Position numbers and translations under genes: made by a program
Assembly: GCA_038087875.1 (NCBI GenBank)
Contig: CM075988.1
Span: forward strand, 14,696,001-14,760,000
Source: Malacoraja senta
Lineage: Eukaryota
Reading direction: 5' to 3'
DNA length: 64,000 bases
Shown: positions 47,421 to 60,570 of the stretch, in pieces
Numbering within the stretch: the first letter of the stretch is position 1
Layout: each line of letters opens with the position of its first letter
The notes under the pieces: generated by a model
What the model saw: only the letters and a program-made list of their open reading frames with translations
Told to the model about the DNA's origin: nothing
Database searches by the model: none

Positions 47421-48469
47421 ATTTTTACATTCGTATCTGATGGAAGAGGCCCATGCGGCACACAAATACTGGCATGGAATAATGGACTGCAGGGCTACTT
47501 TCTGTGCAGTAGACACAGTGTGATTTTGTGGCTAGTTCCAAAACAACACCAGTCTAAACCAAAAACAGTTTAAGAGTTATTTGAAGACATTTGCTCTTTA
47601 ATGAGAACTTCGAGAGGCAACAGATATCCATAAATAGACACAAAGTGCTGGAGTACCTCAGCGGGTCAGGCAGCATCACTGGAGAAAATGGATAGGTGAC
47701 GTTTCAGGTCGGGACCTTTATTCAGACAGATATACATGTTTGGTGAACAACTGCTATTGATAAGAAATAGTCAGAAAAAACTCCCCATTGTATATAACCT
47801 AGACTCGCACTGGTTTGTTATGCAGCTCCTCTGGTTTAGTGATCTTCAGACCAGAGCTGAGAGTTTGGGAACATGGACAAACAGCATGGCATAATCATGT
47901 TTATTCAAGTGGGATTTTTTTTTTACATCTATGCCATTGTGGCATGGGTACAAAACAAATGGGGTAACATTGCAGAATGTGCACCCTGTCTCCTTGCACT
48001 GGTTCACAATGCGATTACTTTGTGCTCTTAAAGCAAGACTCAGCATTTATACCATTACTGGCTCGCTGTTGCACAGCACTCGTTTAATGTCTTTTATGGG
48101 CCACACATAGATCCAACGAGTTCACAAATAGCTCGTTGTCTCACCAAATGTGCTGGAATATGATTAGTAAAAGCACAAGGGGATTCATTTCTGCCGACAG
48201 ATGACTCATGAATAGGTTTGTCAGTTCAACGGTTAGTTCATGATACGAATATTATTGAGAGGAGGTTTGTTGGATGCTGTTAAGTCTCCAAGCCTAAACC
48301 CCGGAGGAGATTCGTCATTCAAATGAAGGGCCGTATGACTGAAATGGCTTTTCATGATGCCCTAAACCAAAGACAGATTAAGAAATGATAACGGAGTTAG
48401 CCCAGGATGGAATAATGGAGGGTAATGTATTGATGGCAATCGCTATAAACTGTACAACTGTGTATGGGT

Positions 48470-48878
48470 GGGGGGGTTTCAGGTCAGGTCGGGGGGAGTT
48501 CCCCCCGCCACGGGTACCATGTAATCCCGTGCTATCTGCTCCATGGTTGGATAGTCGGCGACTAAACTGTCTCCCCCACCTGGTTTGCCAGGTGAGGAGG
48601 GGGCTGTGGACCCTCAGCAAAAATAAGACCTGTCAAAGGGCGGATGAGCTTCTAGCGAGCCAACGGCCATCCACACTTCAGTAGAAGTTGCGATCACTGG
48701 CGTACATAGCATTGTAAGGAATGATAAAGCACACACACCAAAATCCTATACTTCCAGCGGCGGAAGCCCGCAGGAACTGGAGGACAGAGATGTGTGGTGT
48801 GTCTGTCACCGTTCCTGTTGGAAACCAGCATCACTGCATCGCTAATGTTTTCAATGATGATGAATGAAATGAATGAAT
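48470..48878 (+). mobile_element. Probable RTE-derived non-autonomous (bipartite) retroposon
   Basis: Structured GC-rich 5' part; CTGGAGGACAGAGATGTGTGG encodes LEDRDVW, like RTE C-terminal DR..W; (TGA)/(TGAA)n tail. Confidence 0.5.
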
Positions 48879-48879
48879 A

Positions 48880-49332
48880 GAGGGGTTGGGGAAAACGTTT
48901 TAAAATCTCTTCCCTCGACGGTCATGCGATTTTTTTCCGTATCGTATCAGCGGCCTAACATCGAGGAGCTGGCGGCCTCTTGCTGGAGATCGATTTGGGA
49001 GCTCCAACCGCGGGAGCCTGCAGGACTTTAACATCGTGGAGCACACGATCCCTGATTAGAAACCGACTTCGGAAGCTCCATGCTGCAGGAGCTTCGATCG
49101 CCCCGACTGCGAATAGTTCAACTGCCCCGACCGCGGGAGAATAAAGAGTAAGATTAGACTTTATTGCCTTCCATCAAAGTGAGGAATGTGGGGAATCCAT
49201 TGTGGTGGATGTTTATGTTAAATTTTATGTAGTTGTGCATCTTGTTGCTTTTTTTAAAGTATGGCTGTAAGGCAATTCGAATATCACTGTACCTTAATTG
49301 GTACACGTGACAATAAAATACTGAAACCTTTG
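48880..49332 (+). mobile_element. GC-rich non-coding retroposon copy
   Basis: Body similar to 30340-30560; 3' end similar to the reverse complement of 4633-4830. Confidence 0.82.
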
Positions 49333-50389
49333 AGTTACTTCCTCCTGAGAGCATTGGGGACAGCTTTAAAAGCAACAACTCGCTCTTCTGACATTTGATA
49401 TTTCATGTAAACGTCTGCATCAAGCCGTCCCCTCTTACAACACAGTGGCTAGCAATACATTCCAACTATATATTTTCAAATCATTGCTTCCGATTTTTGT
49501 GACCCTTGCAATAATACAAGTAATTGCCTGTTACGGCAGATAATAAATCATAAATTTCAACTCAATTAATGCATCTGCTAAGGGCATCTTTATTTTCCAC
49601 TGGAATGTATTATAGCTTTGAGAGCCAGAATAATGTTGCCATATTTTATTATCCTCTACTTTATTAAAGCAATTACAAATGTTAAATATTTCTGGGTGAA
49701 ATTATGTGGATAGATTCTGTTTTAATTCATCGTCATTTCACATTGTTGAAACTGGACCAAACGCTAGTTGCAGGTTCCAATAAATCTCAGAAACATAGCA
49801 TTTGTGTTGAGGGATCTGTTCTGAATCTAATCCATTTCACACAGTGATACTGCTGCACAACATAATGGAGGGTATCCTCAATGTAATGATAGAAATTGCC
49901 CTTCATAAAAAGGACTCTATAATGGTCTATTGTATTACTATTAAATTGGGCAGGTGTGTCTTTGACAGGTGAATAGGGGAGGATTAAATCATTCTGTTGG
50001 CTCCCTTATCATCTGCCATAAACCTAAACCAGCAGCTGTGTCCTTCTGGTATTTAATATTAGATCATTAATAACTATAAAGGGAAGATAGTTCCATTAGC
50101 AGCCCCGTTGTTAATGTTGGATCCCAGATTACAGGAGCAAAAAACCCATCCTAAAGCATTCACAACTATTTTTGGCCAAATGTGCTAAGTAAATCATTCT
50201 TCTTTGCCACTCCAAGAAACCTGCACACTGTCAACAGGCCTAACTCAAAAGATAGTCCCAAAATGCAGGAGTAACTCAGCAGGACAGGCAGCATCAATGG
50301 GTGACGTTTTGGGTCAAGACCCATCTACACACTGAGAGTCAGAGGAGAGGGAAACTGGAAGGTAACAAAGAGAATGGAAGGCTCAACTC

Positions 50390-51480
50390 AATTCAATTCA
50401 TTACATGATACCATGAAACAACTGCATGCTCCAGCTATAGAAAAGGCAGTGGGTCCTGACAACATTCCTGCTGCTGAACTGAAGGCTTCTGCTCCCAGAA
50501 CTGACCGCATCTCCAATTCCAACAACTGCACCTGTGCAATGATTTGGAAAACAGGAATATGCTCTGACCACGAAGATGAAAGAAATCCAACTAATAACAT
50601 TCCATTGATTTTGCTTCAAATCATGAGCAAAATGATGGAACAGGTTACTGATAACATTATCAAGCTGCACCTGCCCATTACCTACTCAGTAAAGCTTATT
50701 TTGAATTCTGTCAAAATCTCCTGGCTCCAGAACTCATTACAGCCTCAATCCAAACACAGATAAAGGTGCTGAATTCCAAAGGTGAGGCTAGAGTGTCTTG
50801 TTCTTGATCAACTGTTGTGCCCACATCCATAGAAATCAGGGTGAAAACTTCCCCTTGACTGGAGCCTGTCTGTTACAGAAGAGGTTATTGCTGAAGTCTA
50901 ATCACTCATCTCTACGTCCATGAAAGGGTGCAAATCACAGACAGTTCCAGCTGCTTTATCAATGGCCTTCCCCTTGATGGAAAGTCTTGCTTTTCTTGCC
51001 ATTGCCCAATCGTGCTTAATCCCATTCACAATTTCCCTGATAATATTCCCACATGCAGCAAACTGAACAACATTTAACCTGAGCTGATAACTGACAAGTA
51101 GCATTCTTGGGACATTTCATGTGATGTTCACCTGCAATAAGAGATGCTCTCAACATTTTCACTTGATGTCCAATGGCATTACAAACCCTTAATCAGCATT
51201 ATTGACATGCCAGATAAACTTAATTGAACCATCTATATAAATGCAAGAGCAGATGCAACCAAAACTTCTCCTGACTCTCCATAATCTTTCCACTATAGTC
51301 CAGATTTTACAGCCTAATAGACCAATCTCCACTTGCCAGGACGAGCAGAACCCCAACAATAGTTAAACCTGACATAAGCAGCTGTTTTTCCCCCATCAAC
51401 CCACCCTCACTTCAAATGTTCTTCACTCTCTGCCATCAGGGCAACATGTTTGCAGTGGATGTCCACAAAATGCATTCAGT
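50390..51480 (+). mobile_element. Ancient CR1-group LINE relic
   Basis: KAVGPDNIPAAELKASAP...NPTNNIPLILLQIMSKMME resembles the RT N-terminus (KA.GPD.IP...NYRPISL...SK.ME). Confidence 0.65.
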
Positions 51481-52006
51481 AAACATTTGTCACACAGCAC
51501 AGGGAGGAGAGACATGAATGAAGCAGTGAGTCTTTATGACTTAGAATGCACAGTCTGAAGGTGCATAGTGGCTTCCCATTCACTTGTTGCAAGGAAAGAC
51601 TAGGAGTATGGAGAAACACTTGTAGAATGGGACTGAATTTTACTTCACTACCAATAGCTCTAATGTGCTGTGATGAGATACTTCATTATGTTTCCTGTTG
51701 AAAACCTATGGCCCTCACAATGTAATTCTAAAGTCAAGGGGCCACTGCCTAATATGCACACAATTTCAACTTCACCCTTTAATCCCTTCTCTCACAACCC
51801 TACAAGGAGAAAGGACCCACTTTGCTGTGTCCATTTCTTCTTTCTGGCAGGGCAGATTGCCTTTGGTCGTCACCCAGTGGGTAATCTCTTTGCAACCTGG
51901 TGAGTCATTCGTTGAATGGCTTTCATCTTCCTTAGTTTCACCTCTCCACTTTCCGAGAGCTTCTCAGTATTTCAAGTAAAGGGGCTCTAACATTTTTAAC
52001 AACTCT

Positions 52007-52176
52007 GTTTAAGAAAGAACTGCAGATGCTGGAAAAATCAAGGTGGACAAAAATGCTGGAGAAACTCAGCGGGTGAGGCAGCATCTATGGAGCGAAGGAA
52101 TAGTCTGCAGAAGGGTCTCGACCCGAAATGTTACCTATTCCTTCGCTCCATAGATGCTGCCTCACCCGCTGAGTTT
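52007..52176. repeat. Palindromic pair of Penelope-terminus repeats
   Basis: AAACTCAGCGGGTGAGGCAGCATCTATGGAGCGAAGGAATAG and its exact reverse complement; TTTTTAACAACTCTG repeated at both flanks. Confidence 0.88.
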
Positions 52177-53796
52177 TTAACAACTCTGAACTTTTTGTAA
52201 ATGTGGCGAGTTGTGTACTGTCTCAGTGTAATCTGCTATCATACATTCGTATGCATGCAATATTATGCCCATGTATAGAGTAAGATTTTACTGAACTGTG
52301 CAAAATATGAATTTCACTAAACCTAGGTACATGTGGCAATAAAGTACCATTGAGATCTGCTTCTACTGGCTTGCAAATCTCTACAAATCTAGTTAGTTAG
52401 TCTATTAAACTGTTGTGACAGGAGAAACACTTCATTCACTTCTGGTCTCCACTCCATTCCTATCTCTACAACTAGTAAAAAAAACTAGACTTGGGTGCAT
52501 ACCATCATTCCACGATTCTCTGGTGAACCTTGGCCCAGCGTCATTGGCAGTTACCATGTCTGATAATCGCCATTTAGCCACACATGGTACTATTCTGCTT
52601 GGAATGAACTTCCAGCAGCAACTTTGTGGAATAGTTGCATGCAATATTTCAAACCTTCCAAATTCACATCTGTCCTGAAACTGGAGTGTGAGAAGACCAA
52701 CTCCTTTTCATCTCAAATCAGACTGGGCCTTCATACATGATCTGAACTTTTGTTTTTCACCACAGTATTGAGTAGTTGCCTGCTTTGTATAGATGTGCAG
52801 CATGCAGAATTTGGTGACGCTGTTTTATGCATCGGAGCTGGTGTACAACAGTATTTTACCATCCTATCATAAATGACAATTTGTATTAGTTTGCCGTGGG
52901 TTGCTTCATGTCTGCTGATATGGAGAGGTTGACTGGAGGTAGAGTGGAATCCCATTAATCTAAATGGTAATTGGTACGCGGGAACTTTAAGGAAAAGAAA
53001 CAATATCTCCAGACTAAATTGAGTCATCCACCAAGTTAGGAGACAAGATAGAATGCACGTCTCGGCATACAGCAAACGATTGATTGTACAGCAAAGTCGA
53101 TTTACTCAGAAAACAAAATTTAATTAAAGAAGGAGGCAGCAGAACTTATGGCAGACATTGCAGCAACTTCTCCCAGTAAAAGCAAGGTAACATCTCCAGA
53201 AAAACTCACTGACTAGTTGATTGCTAAAGGCAACTTGCATGCATTAAATCAGTCTCAGTTACTTAAAGCAATAAAATCAAAACAAGTGACTGACAGGGAA
53301 ATTATCCATTCAATGTAATTCTGACAGAAAATAGGTTTACTACCATATTCAGCCTAAAGATAAATTGCAATTGAAATCCCCAGAGGATGTTGTGTTCTAA
53401 ATAATCCACTTTGTTTTATAATCACAACATAAATGATTTAACATAAAGGATTAAACCCCAAGTTATACTTATTCTGCTTCAGTTACAGAAGAAATTATTT
53501 GTCCAATTGGGCAGTTTTAAGAATTTGGTGCACTAATCTCTAAAGGAAAGAGATTTACTACATTTCCACGACAATACATTAATATTCTCACTGACCATTC
53601 CATTACTGATGTCATACCGATTATTTTGACTAAAAGCTTTCCACTACCATGTATCAATTACCAAACACCCATGGCAGCAGCAGCCACAGTAGCAGAGGTG
53701 GATCCAGTTGTTGAATAGGTAGCTTTTCCAATATTAATATACAAGCTATGGCCTGGTAACTTAATGCTGGTCCTGATTGGCATCCCCGATGAATGT

Positions 53797-53990
53797 TGGC
53801 AGCACAGTGGCGCCACTGGTAGATCCACTGCCTCACATGGGTTTGCTCTGGTTTCCCCCTATACCCAAAGACATGCGGGTTTGTAGGTTAATATGGCCTC
53901 TGTAAATTTCCTCTTGTGTGTGATCAATGGTTGGCAATTACGCAGTGGTTCAAAGGGCCCTTCCAATGCTGTATCTCTAAAATCAACTAA
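53797..53990 (+). mobile_element. HE1-like SINE, internally deleted
   Basis: Head GGCAGCACAGTGGCGC; tail AAGGGCCCTTCC..TGCTGTATCTCTAAA. Confidence 0.7.
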
Positions 53991-54190
53991 TTTTAGTTTT
54001 ATACGAATTTTTGCTTTTCAGCTTCCAACCACACTAATCCACCAGCAGAATCTGTCCCATTGCCAGTCCTTTCCTCAGCAAGAACCAGTGACTAAATCCC
54101 ACTTAATAATTAACCTTTCAGGATTGCAGCAATGGTCATGCATTCAAATCATGATTGGGGGGGGAGGGGGGGTGATTCAATGATACTATA

Positions 54191-54960
54191 TTCAGCTATA
54201 TTCAGCTCACGTCAAAAACCTTGGCGTGATATTTGAATCAGCACTGAAATTTGACAAACAAGTCAATGCCGTGGTAAAAGCTAGCTTCTTTCAGCTTCGG
54301 ACGATAGCTAAAATAAAACAATTCCTCCAGTTTGATGACCTGGAAAAGATCATCCACACATTCATCTCCTCCCGCCTAGATTACTGCAACTTTACACTGG
54401 CATCAGCCAATCTTCCCTGTCCCGCCTGCAACTGGTCCAAAACGCCGCAGCGAGACTCCTGACGGGCACCCGATAAAGGGACCACATCACCCCGATCCTG
54501 GCCTCTCTCCACTGGCTCCCTGTGCGGTTCCGTATAAACTTCAAGATCCTCCTCCATGTCTGCAAAGCCCTCAATGGGCTTGCCCCCACCTACATAAAAA
54601 GTCTTCTCACCCACCACTCCACCTCCAGGCCCCTCAGATCGGCCGACTTGGGGTTGCTGAATATCCCACGGTCTAGGCATAAGCTATGGGGCGACCGCGC
54701 CTTTGCGGTTGCAGCCCCTAGACTGTGGAACAGCATCCCCTTTCCCATCAGAACCGCCCCCTCCATCGACTCTTTTAAGTCAAGACTGAAGACTTATCTA
54801 TACTCCCAAGCCTTTCCTGACGTCCTCTGAGTGAGGGCTACATGTATATATGTATGTAGTTTGTTTTGTTGTGCTATCCTTATAACAAATGTAAAGCACT
54901 TTGGCCAACAAGAGTTGTTTTTTAAATGTGCTATATAAATAAATGTGGCTTGACTTGACT
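54191..54960 (+). mobile_element. L2-clade LINE 3' fragment (frameshifted)
   Basis: VKNLGVIF...ISSRLDYCN / LQLVQNAAARLL...HITP.LASLHWLPV.FRINFKIL...RAFAVAAPRLWN..P..IR...S...FKSRLKT; (CTTGA)n tail; possible ACTATA TSD. Confidence 0.9.
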
Positions 54961-57855
54961 ATAACCCTGTGCAAAGCACTCATTCATTTACACATTTGCT
55001 TTCTGCAGAGAGCCTATGATACAATTCAATGCATATGTTGAGCTTTATAAAGGGCATATATTCTTAGGAGATGAAACACGTTGTCAAAGTTTATCTGCCT
55101 TTATTGCAATGACTGCTGTAACGAATTGCAAGATTTTTTTTTAATGGCTCTGCCTATGTTCTTGCTGATGCTTAGTGCTGTTATTAGATTAGTACGCTTT
55201 ATTGTTCACATGTTGCAATGCCTGGCATCTCTTGATTCTAAATATTAAAAAGCCATCTGTTGATTCTCAAAGTTCACTGGTTGTTACTTTTCGACTGTGA
55301 CAAGAATAACTGATTGCTGGGCATTGGAGATTGGGATATAATCAATGGGATTCAATTAGGCCAAAGTTGTTAATCATCACACACACTTCGTGACTTCTAA
55401 TAGATAAAACTTTATAGAATAGTTGCTTCCAATTCATCTGACCTTTAGAACAGTTGAAATAGTTGAATTAGTGTTCAATTTTAATTGAGAATACTGCAGT
55501 TATGGTGCTAAAGTTACCCAAAACCAGTCACAAAACTATTTGATTCCAGAGCAGCGAGACAAGATTCTCTGGAAGGGTGAAATCTTCATGCTTTTCAGTT
55601 GGAGTTAGTTTGGACCTTCATCAAATCTACATTGAAAAGAGTTGTGGAAAAGTTGGTTTAGCTCTATAGACAAACTATTAGGCTGAGGTTTCTGTAAACA
55701 CAAGAAACTCCAGATTCTGGTTTACCACAAAAGACACAAACTGCTGGACTAATACTATGGGTCAGGCAGCATTTCTGGAGAATGTGGATAGTGACATTTT
55801 GGGTTGGGACCCTTCTTCAGACACAGGCTACAGTTTCTGTCAGACTGCTGCACAGGCAGAGCAAAAGTAGGTGAGTATATCTGTTCAGTCAAGGTGTACA
55901 TCGTTGACATGTTTTCATCTCTAGACTGATCCCATCCTGTTGGCGAAATGATGTCATTCATCAGAAGTACCGAGGTGAGCCAAGAACAATGCCACAGGTG
56001 TGTAGGAAGGAAATGCAGGTGCTGGCTTAAATCAAAGATGGACACAGAATGCTGCAGTAACTCAGCAAGACAGGAGACAAAGAATGGATGATTTTTCTGG
56101 TCGAGACCCTTCTTCAAACAATGCCATATGGTTTAATTATCATGGTGACTGAAGGAAACAGGTCAACAGTTGGCTAATGAAGAGGCATGAGTAGAATAGC
56201 CAACTTCACTGAGAAAAAGCTGGTGAATGGCTGGCAGTAGTGTGAAGAAAGATGAATGAGAATTGGGCTATTTAATCAATGGCTGCCTAGAGTGAAAGCT
56301 GAGTGACATTGGCCACCAGTGTCACCTTCTTCAACCATTATTTTTTGGTGATGCAAGAACTGCAGTGACCTGACAAGGAATTGCAAGTCGCCGTCACTAT
56401 CAGGAGACAGTTGTGCAGTATTATTGATAGGAGTACAAAACAAAGTCTTCATGATATTCACATACAATGTATCATCTGACTTTGCATATCAATGAGTCTT
56501 CATGGTATCAATTCAATATATACAGGTAATTGCTGAAGAATTGCTGTTCTACAAGATCAGTAGGTCCACTACAGTCAATGCCTCTTTACTAATATACATA
56601 TTTTCAGCTGGCACAATGATTACCTTTTGCATTAGATGACGTTCATGCACTGTGGAAGAGAAAGGCAGGTTACAGAGTACAATTTTTCAATGGGCCTCAC
56701 ATCTCTCCCTCGTTCTCATGGGCAGTTAGACCTGCATTGCCGGCTGGATGGTGGATGGGTTTGTGTCCGCTGAACATTAGTCAACCTCATTTTGAGGATT
56801 ATAGAGCATCGATTGAGCAACTTATCAAAACAACTAATTTTGCAGGAAATCCTGCTTGGGATTCTGAACTGGTGCCAGACATGCGAGAAGAACAATGAAG
56901 ACTGGAGAAAGTGCCAACATCAAGGAACATACTAAAAAGGTCCCACCTACAAGTCGGATCCCTTAGATTTCATAGCAGTGGAATTGATAGGCTTGGACCC
57001 CTTCAATTCAAGATAATTAAAATGAATTTATGTAGCTCCTGCACCATACAACAATAATTTCCAGTCCCTCAATTCACCACTGATCTTTCCAGAAGAGGTT
57101 GTTCTATTCTTGGCAATAAACTGCAATGAGCAGGCACTATTACATTGACTCCATTCTAGTGGTAGAATAGAAGCTTTGTTGTAATTACTGAAAGCAATAA
57201 TATTTCATTTATTAGAGCAACAATGATACAGCATCCCTCACTTCCTACTATTCATCCACAAATGAGGGGATATTAAATGAAACAATGCTTAACATTTGAT
57301 ATTTAACATGCCTGACATTGTGCATATCAATACTAATTGTGTTTTTTTTAATTTTCTCATAAAAGTAACACAGTGACTCAGATGCATCTCATCTGGGAAA
57401 AACATCCTCCAATGCTTTCACTCTGGGTGAGAACTATTCATTGCGTAAGTCTTCTGACTACACACATTTTGTGCTGACTAAGACGCACTTCTTACGAATT
57501 AAAACCGCAGTGAATGACATGTGATAAAACACACTCACTGGCTGCCAGTAATTTGTACTTTGGAGAAGTACAGGTGTAGGATGCACTTAATGTGCTCATG
57601 CCCAAATTGACATTTAAAGTTTGATAATGTGACAGATTAATGAATGCATTCACCTCAGGAAATGCTACCACTCAACTGCGGAGATCTTATTAGCTATGCA
57701 AAAATTCCAAAATATCAAAATTAAATTAGACAAGGTTTACACTCTGAGGTTTCTGCCAAAATTACAGAATCTTACAAAAAAATTGCTTGTGTGTGGGACC
57801 GCTTTAAGGAAATGAATAGTTTTCAGAAAAACATCCAGAATAAATTTGTACAACT

Positions 57856-58711
57856 GACAAAGGACAAAGGACAAAGGACATTTATCGTCACATACACTAA
57901 TTGGTGCAGTGAAATTTGAATTGCCATTGCAGCACACCAATAAATAAACACTACATTATAGAATTTAACATTAAACATAAAAACATCCCCCCACAGCAGG
58001 ATCAACGTTTCCCACTGTGAGGGAAGGCAGCAAAGTTCAGTCCACTTCCTCCATGTTCACCCGTGTTCGGGGCCTATTGAGGCCTCCGCAGTCGCCGCTA
58101 CGGCGGCCTGATTTTTCAGACCCTCGAACGGAATGATGGAACTCCGGCGTCAGAAGAACACTCTCAGCGGCTTCGAGTTCCGAAACGGCCGCTTGCTACC
58201 GGAGACCGCAGCTCCCGAAGTCCACAGGCCGCGCTGGGCAGAGCTCCAACACTGGCGATCTCGGCAAGAGATCCCTGGCTCCACGGTGTTTAAAGTAAGC
58301 GCCGCCCACAGCTGGACGCTCCGCAACCACAGCTCCGCGATGTTGGAGTCGGCGGTCTCAGCACTCCAGAGCTTCCAACACGGCGATCCTCGGTAAGGCA
58401 TCGTCCGCTCCGCGATGGTGCTTCAGCGCTGCGCCGCCACCGAAGTGAAGCTCTGGGCGGTCTCAGGCAGGAAACGCCGCTCCAGTCCTGTTGGTAGACC
58501 GCGAGGAAGGGGTGAAGATGCGACTCGGAGGAAAGACGCATCTCCGACCAGGTAGAGACTGAGAAAAACAGTTTCCCCTTTCCTGCCCCGCTCCCCCTCA
58601 CCCCCCACATAAAAGACTAGAAGACCTCCAAAACTTTTTAACATACTAAAAATATAAAAGGGTGAAAGGACAAACAGCTACAGGCTGAGCAGCCATACTC
58701 GACGGCGCCAC
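57856..58711 (-). mobile_element. GC-rich non-coding retroposon, apparently full length
   Basis: 5' GTGGCGCCGTCGAGTATGGCTGC; CpG-rich body; (TCCTTTG)n tail; possible CAACT TSD at 57851-57855 and 58712-58716. Confidence 0.8.
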
Positions 58712-59439
58712 CAACTCGAATGCCATCAACTGCAGCCTATCAATAAAATTCAAGCTTAGTTGGGGAGCAGGAACACAGCAAAGGGAACGACCCATGCGAT
58801 GAGTCAACTCAGAGTGGAGCCCATCTCTGGATCCAAAGGTTAAACAAATGGTATTGGTCCGAGGTGCAAGAAATATTGGCACTGTTTATTATTGAATTAC
58901 ATCAGGTGTCTGGCTGAACAATATGCACTCCCACAATAATTTTCTTAAGAGCAACTTAAGCCTCAGATTGATGCAATTGCTCTCCACAGATAGTGCATTA
59001 ATTTCACAGTGTGACACTGGCATGTCTCGAGTTGGAAGCATTTTGCCCAATAATCATCAGTTTTCTCCATTGTACAAATGAAGAAACATGCAAATATTGC
59101 TGTGTCTTGACTAATCTCCCCTCCATCAAATATCTCCTTCGTAAGGAAATAATTCTCCGAAAATACCCATTCATTGTTAATGAAATTAATTATTAACTGA
59201 TAGCACCATTACAATCTCTGCATCCAGTATGAGCTGCAGGAGTTGACAAACACTCGCTCCCAGATGATGGTGACTCGCCATATCCCTGATTGCTGTCAGC
59301 ACATAATGACCAAAGTGGTTCTTGTTCTGTGCACAACAAGATTACGCTCCCACTTTACCTGTAGTGCAAGATGTACTCATAACACTGTTTGTTGTACACA
59401 AAGTAAGACAAATTGACATGAGGCTCTCTCCCCTCTTTG

Positions 59440-60570
59440 ATGGTCTCTCAGGATCAAGGACTTACTCCCACTGGGGTTTTGTGAGTCTCAGGTGAATGAT
59501 GTGGAGCCCGCAGGCAAGGCCATAGTTGGAGCAGAGAGTTCCCGACAGTGTGGGCAGGCAGTGCACATCTTCTGCCCTTTATGACGGGCTTCTAATGAAT
59601 GTCAATTCCATCTTAAATACTCCTTTTCCATATTGAACAGCCGTAGATCAGGAATTTTCAAGATTCAGTGGGGACACAATTTTCCAGGAGGCTTGAGAAA
59701 GTCCTCCAATATTTTGATCTGTCCTGGTAATCTCAAGAATAGAACAACCTCTTCTGAAAGAATCAATTATTACTTGAGGAACTGGAAATTATTTTTGGAC
59801 AGTGTATGCGCTACGGGACCTTCAAGACATCTCCAGAATCTGCTTCAGGAAATTGGCATCTGGCTTGCAAACAATGAAGCTTGCCTGATGAAGTTGAGCA
59901 AGTACAATTAGGGGATGTTCGCATGGGGGAAGAACGCTGATAGTGTTTCACTTATCTTGACAATGGATTGGGTGGATTTTGGAGAAACGACGTTGGTGGC
60001 ATTGCTCCAGTGTCTTGAGGTGAGTGTTGTCTGTGGTACATTACTCAAACCATACAGGAGGACAGGAATCATTGCGGCCCAATAGACTATTAACTTATAC
60101 TAAGTCTGGGGCCCTGACCTTCAAATACTATTCTCTTCAGATGCCTCAAGGTTGTGCAACTACACAAAACAGATATCGAATTCCATTAAGTCTTTCATTT
60201 GTTGAGACAGGTTCCAGCATTTGCTCAACAATCACTGCTGTCCAGAGACTCATTGTGGACCACTATTATTGTGTGGTACAGTAGTGGCAGGGTGGCAATG
60301 TCTTAGTGTAAAACCCACTCTGTGCTTCAGTGAATGAGGATATTAAACTCAGCTTCCAAATATGCAGGTGTTCGGGTGCTATCGGCATGCTTGCATCTCT
60401 GTGACAGACCCAAGGGTAACTTTGGCTCTGGGGTGGAGGCAACATTGAAATCTCCAACTCCATAGATGACAAGTTCAAATTTGCACTGCTCCACTGGAAG
60501 TGTGAAGGGCCATTTGCTCTTATCCTTACCCATGAAGAATGCAGAATCACAATAAAAGGGTCAACATTCC
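59440..60570 (-). mobile_element. Ancient RTE-clade LINE relic
   Basis: Minus strand KLIVYWAAMIPVLLYG...HLKTLEQCHQRRFSKI..IH.QD resembles the RTE post-RT region; the 3' end resembles 8375-8480. Confidence 0.7.

Noticed and set aside
48430..48632. HDV-like fold with long J1/2 at the head of the RTE-like element
   Set aside because: No G1, non-canonical L3, weak P2, and a competing stable hairpin; not supportable by eye.
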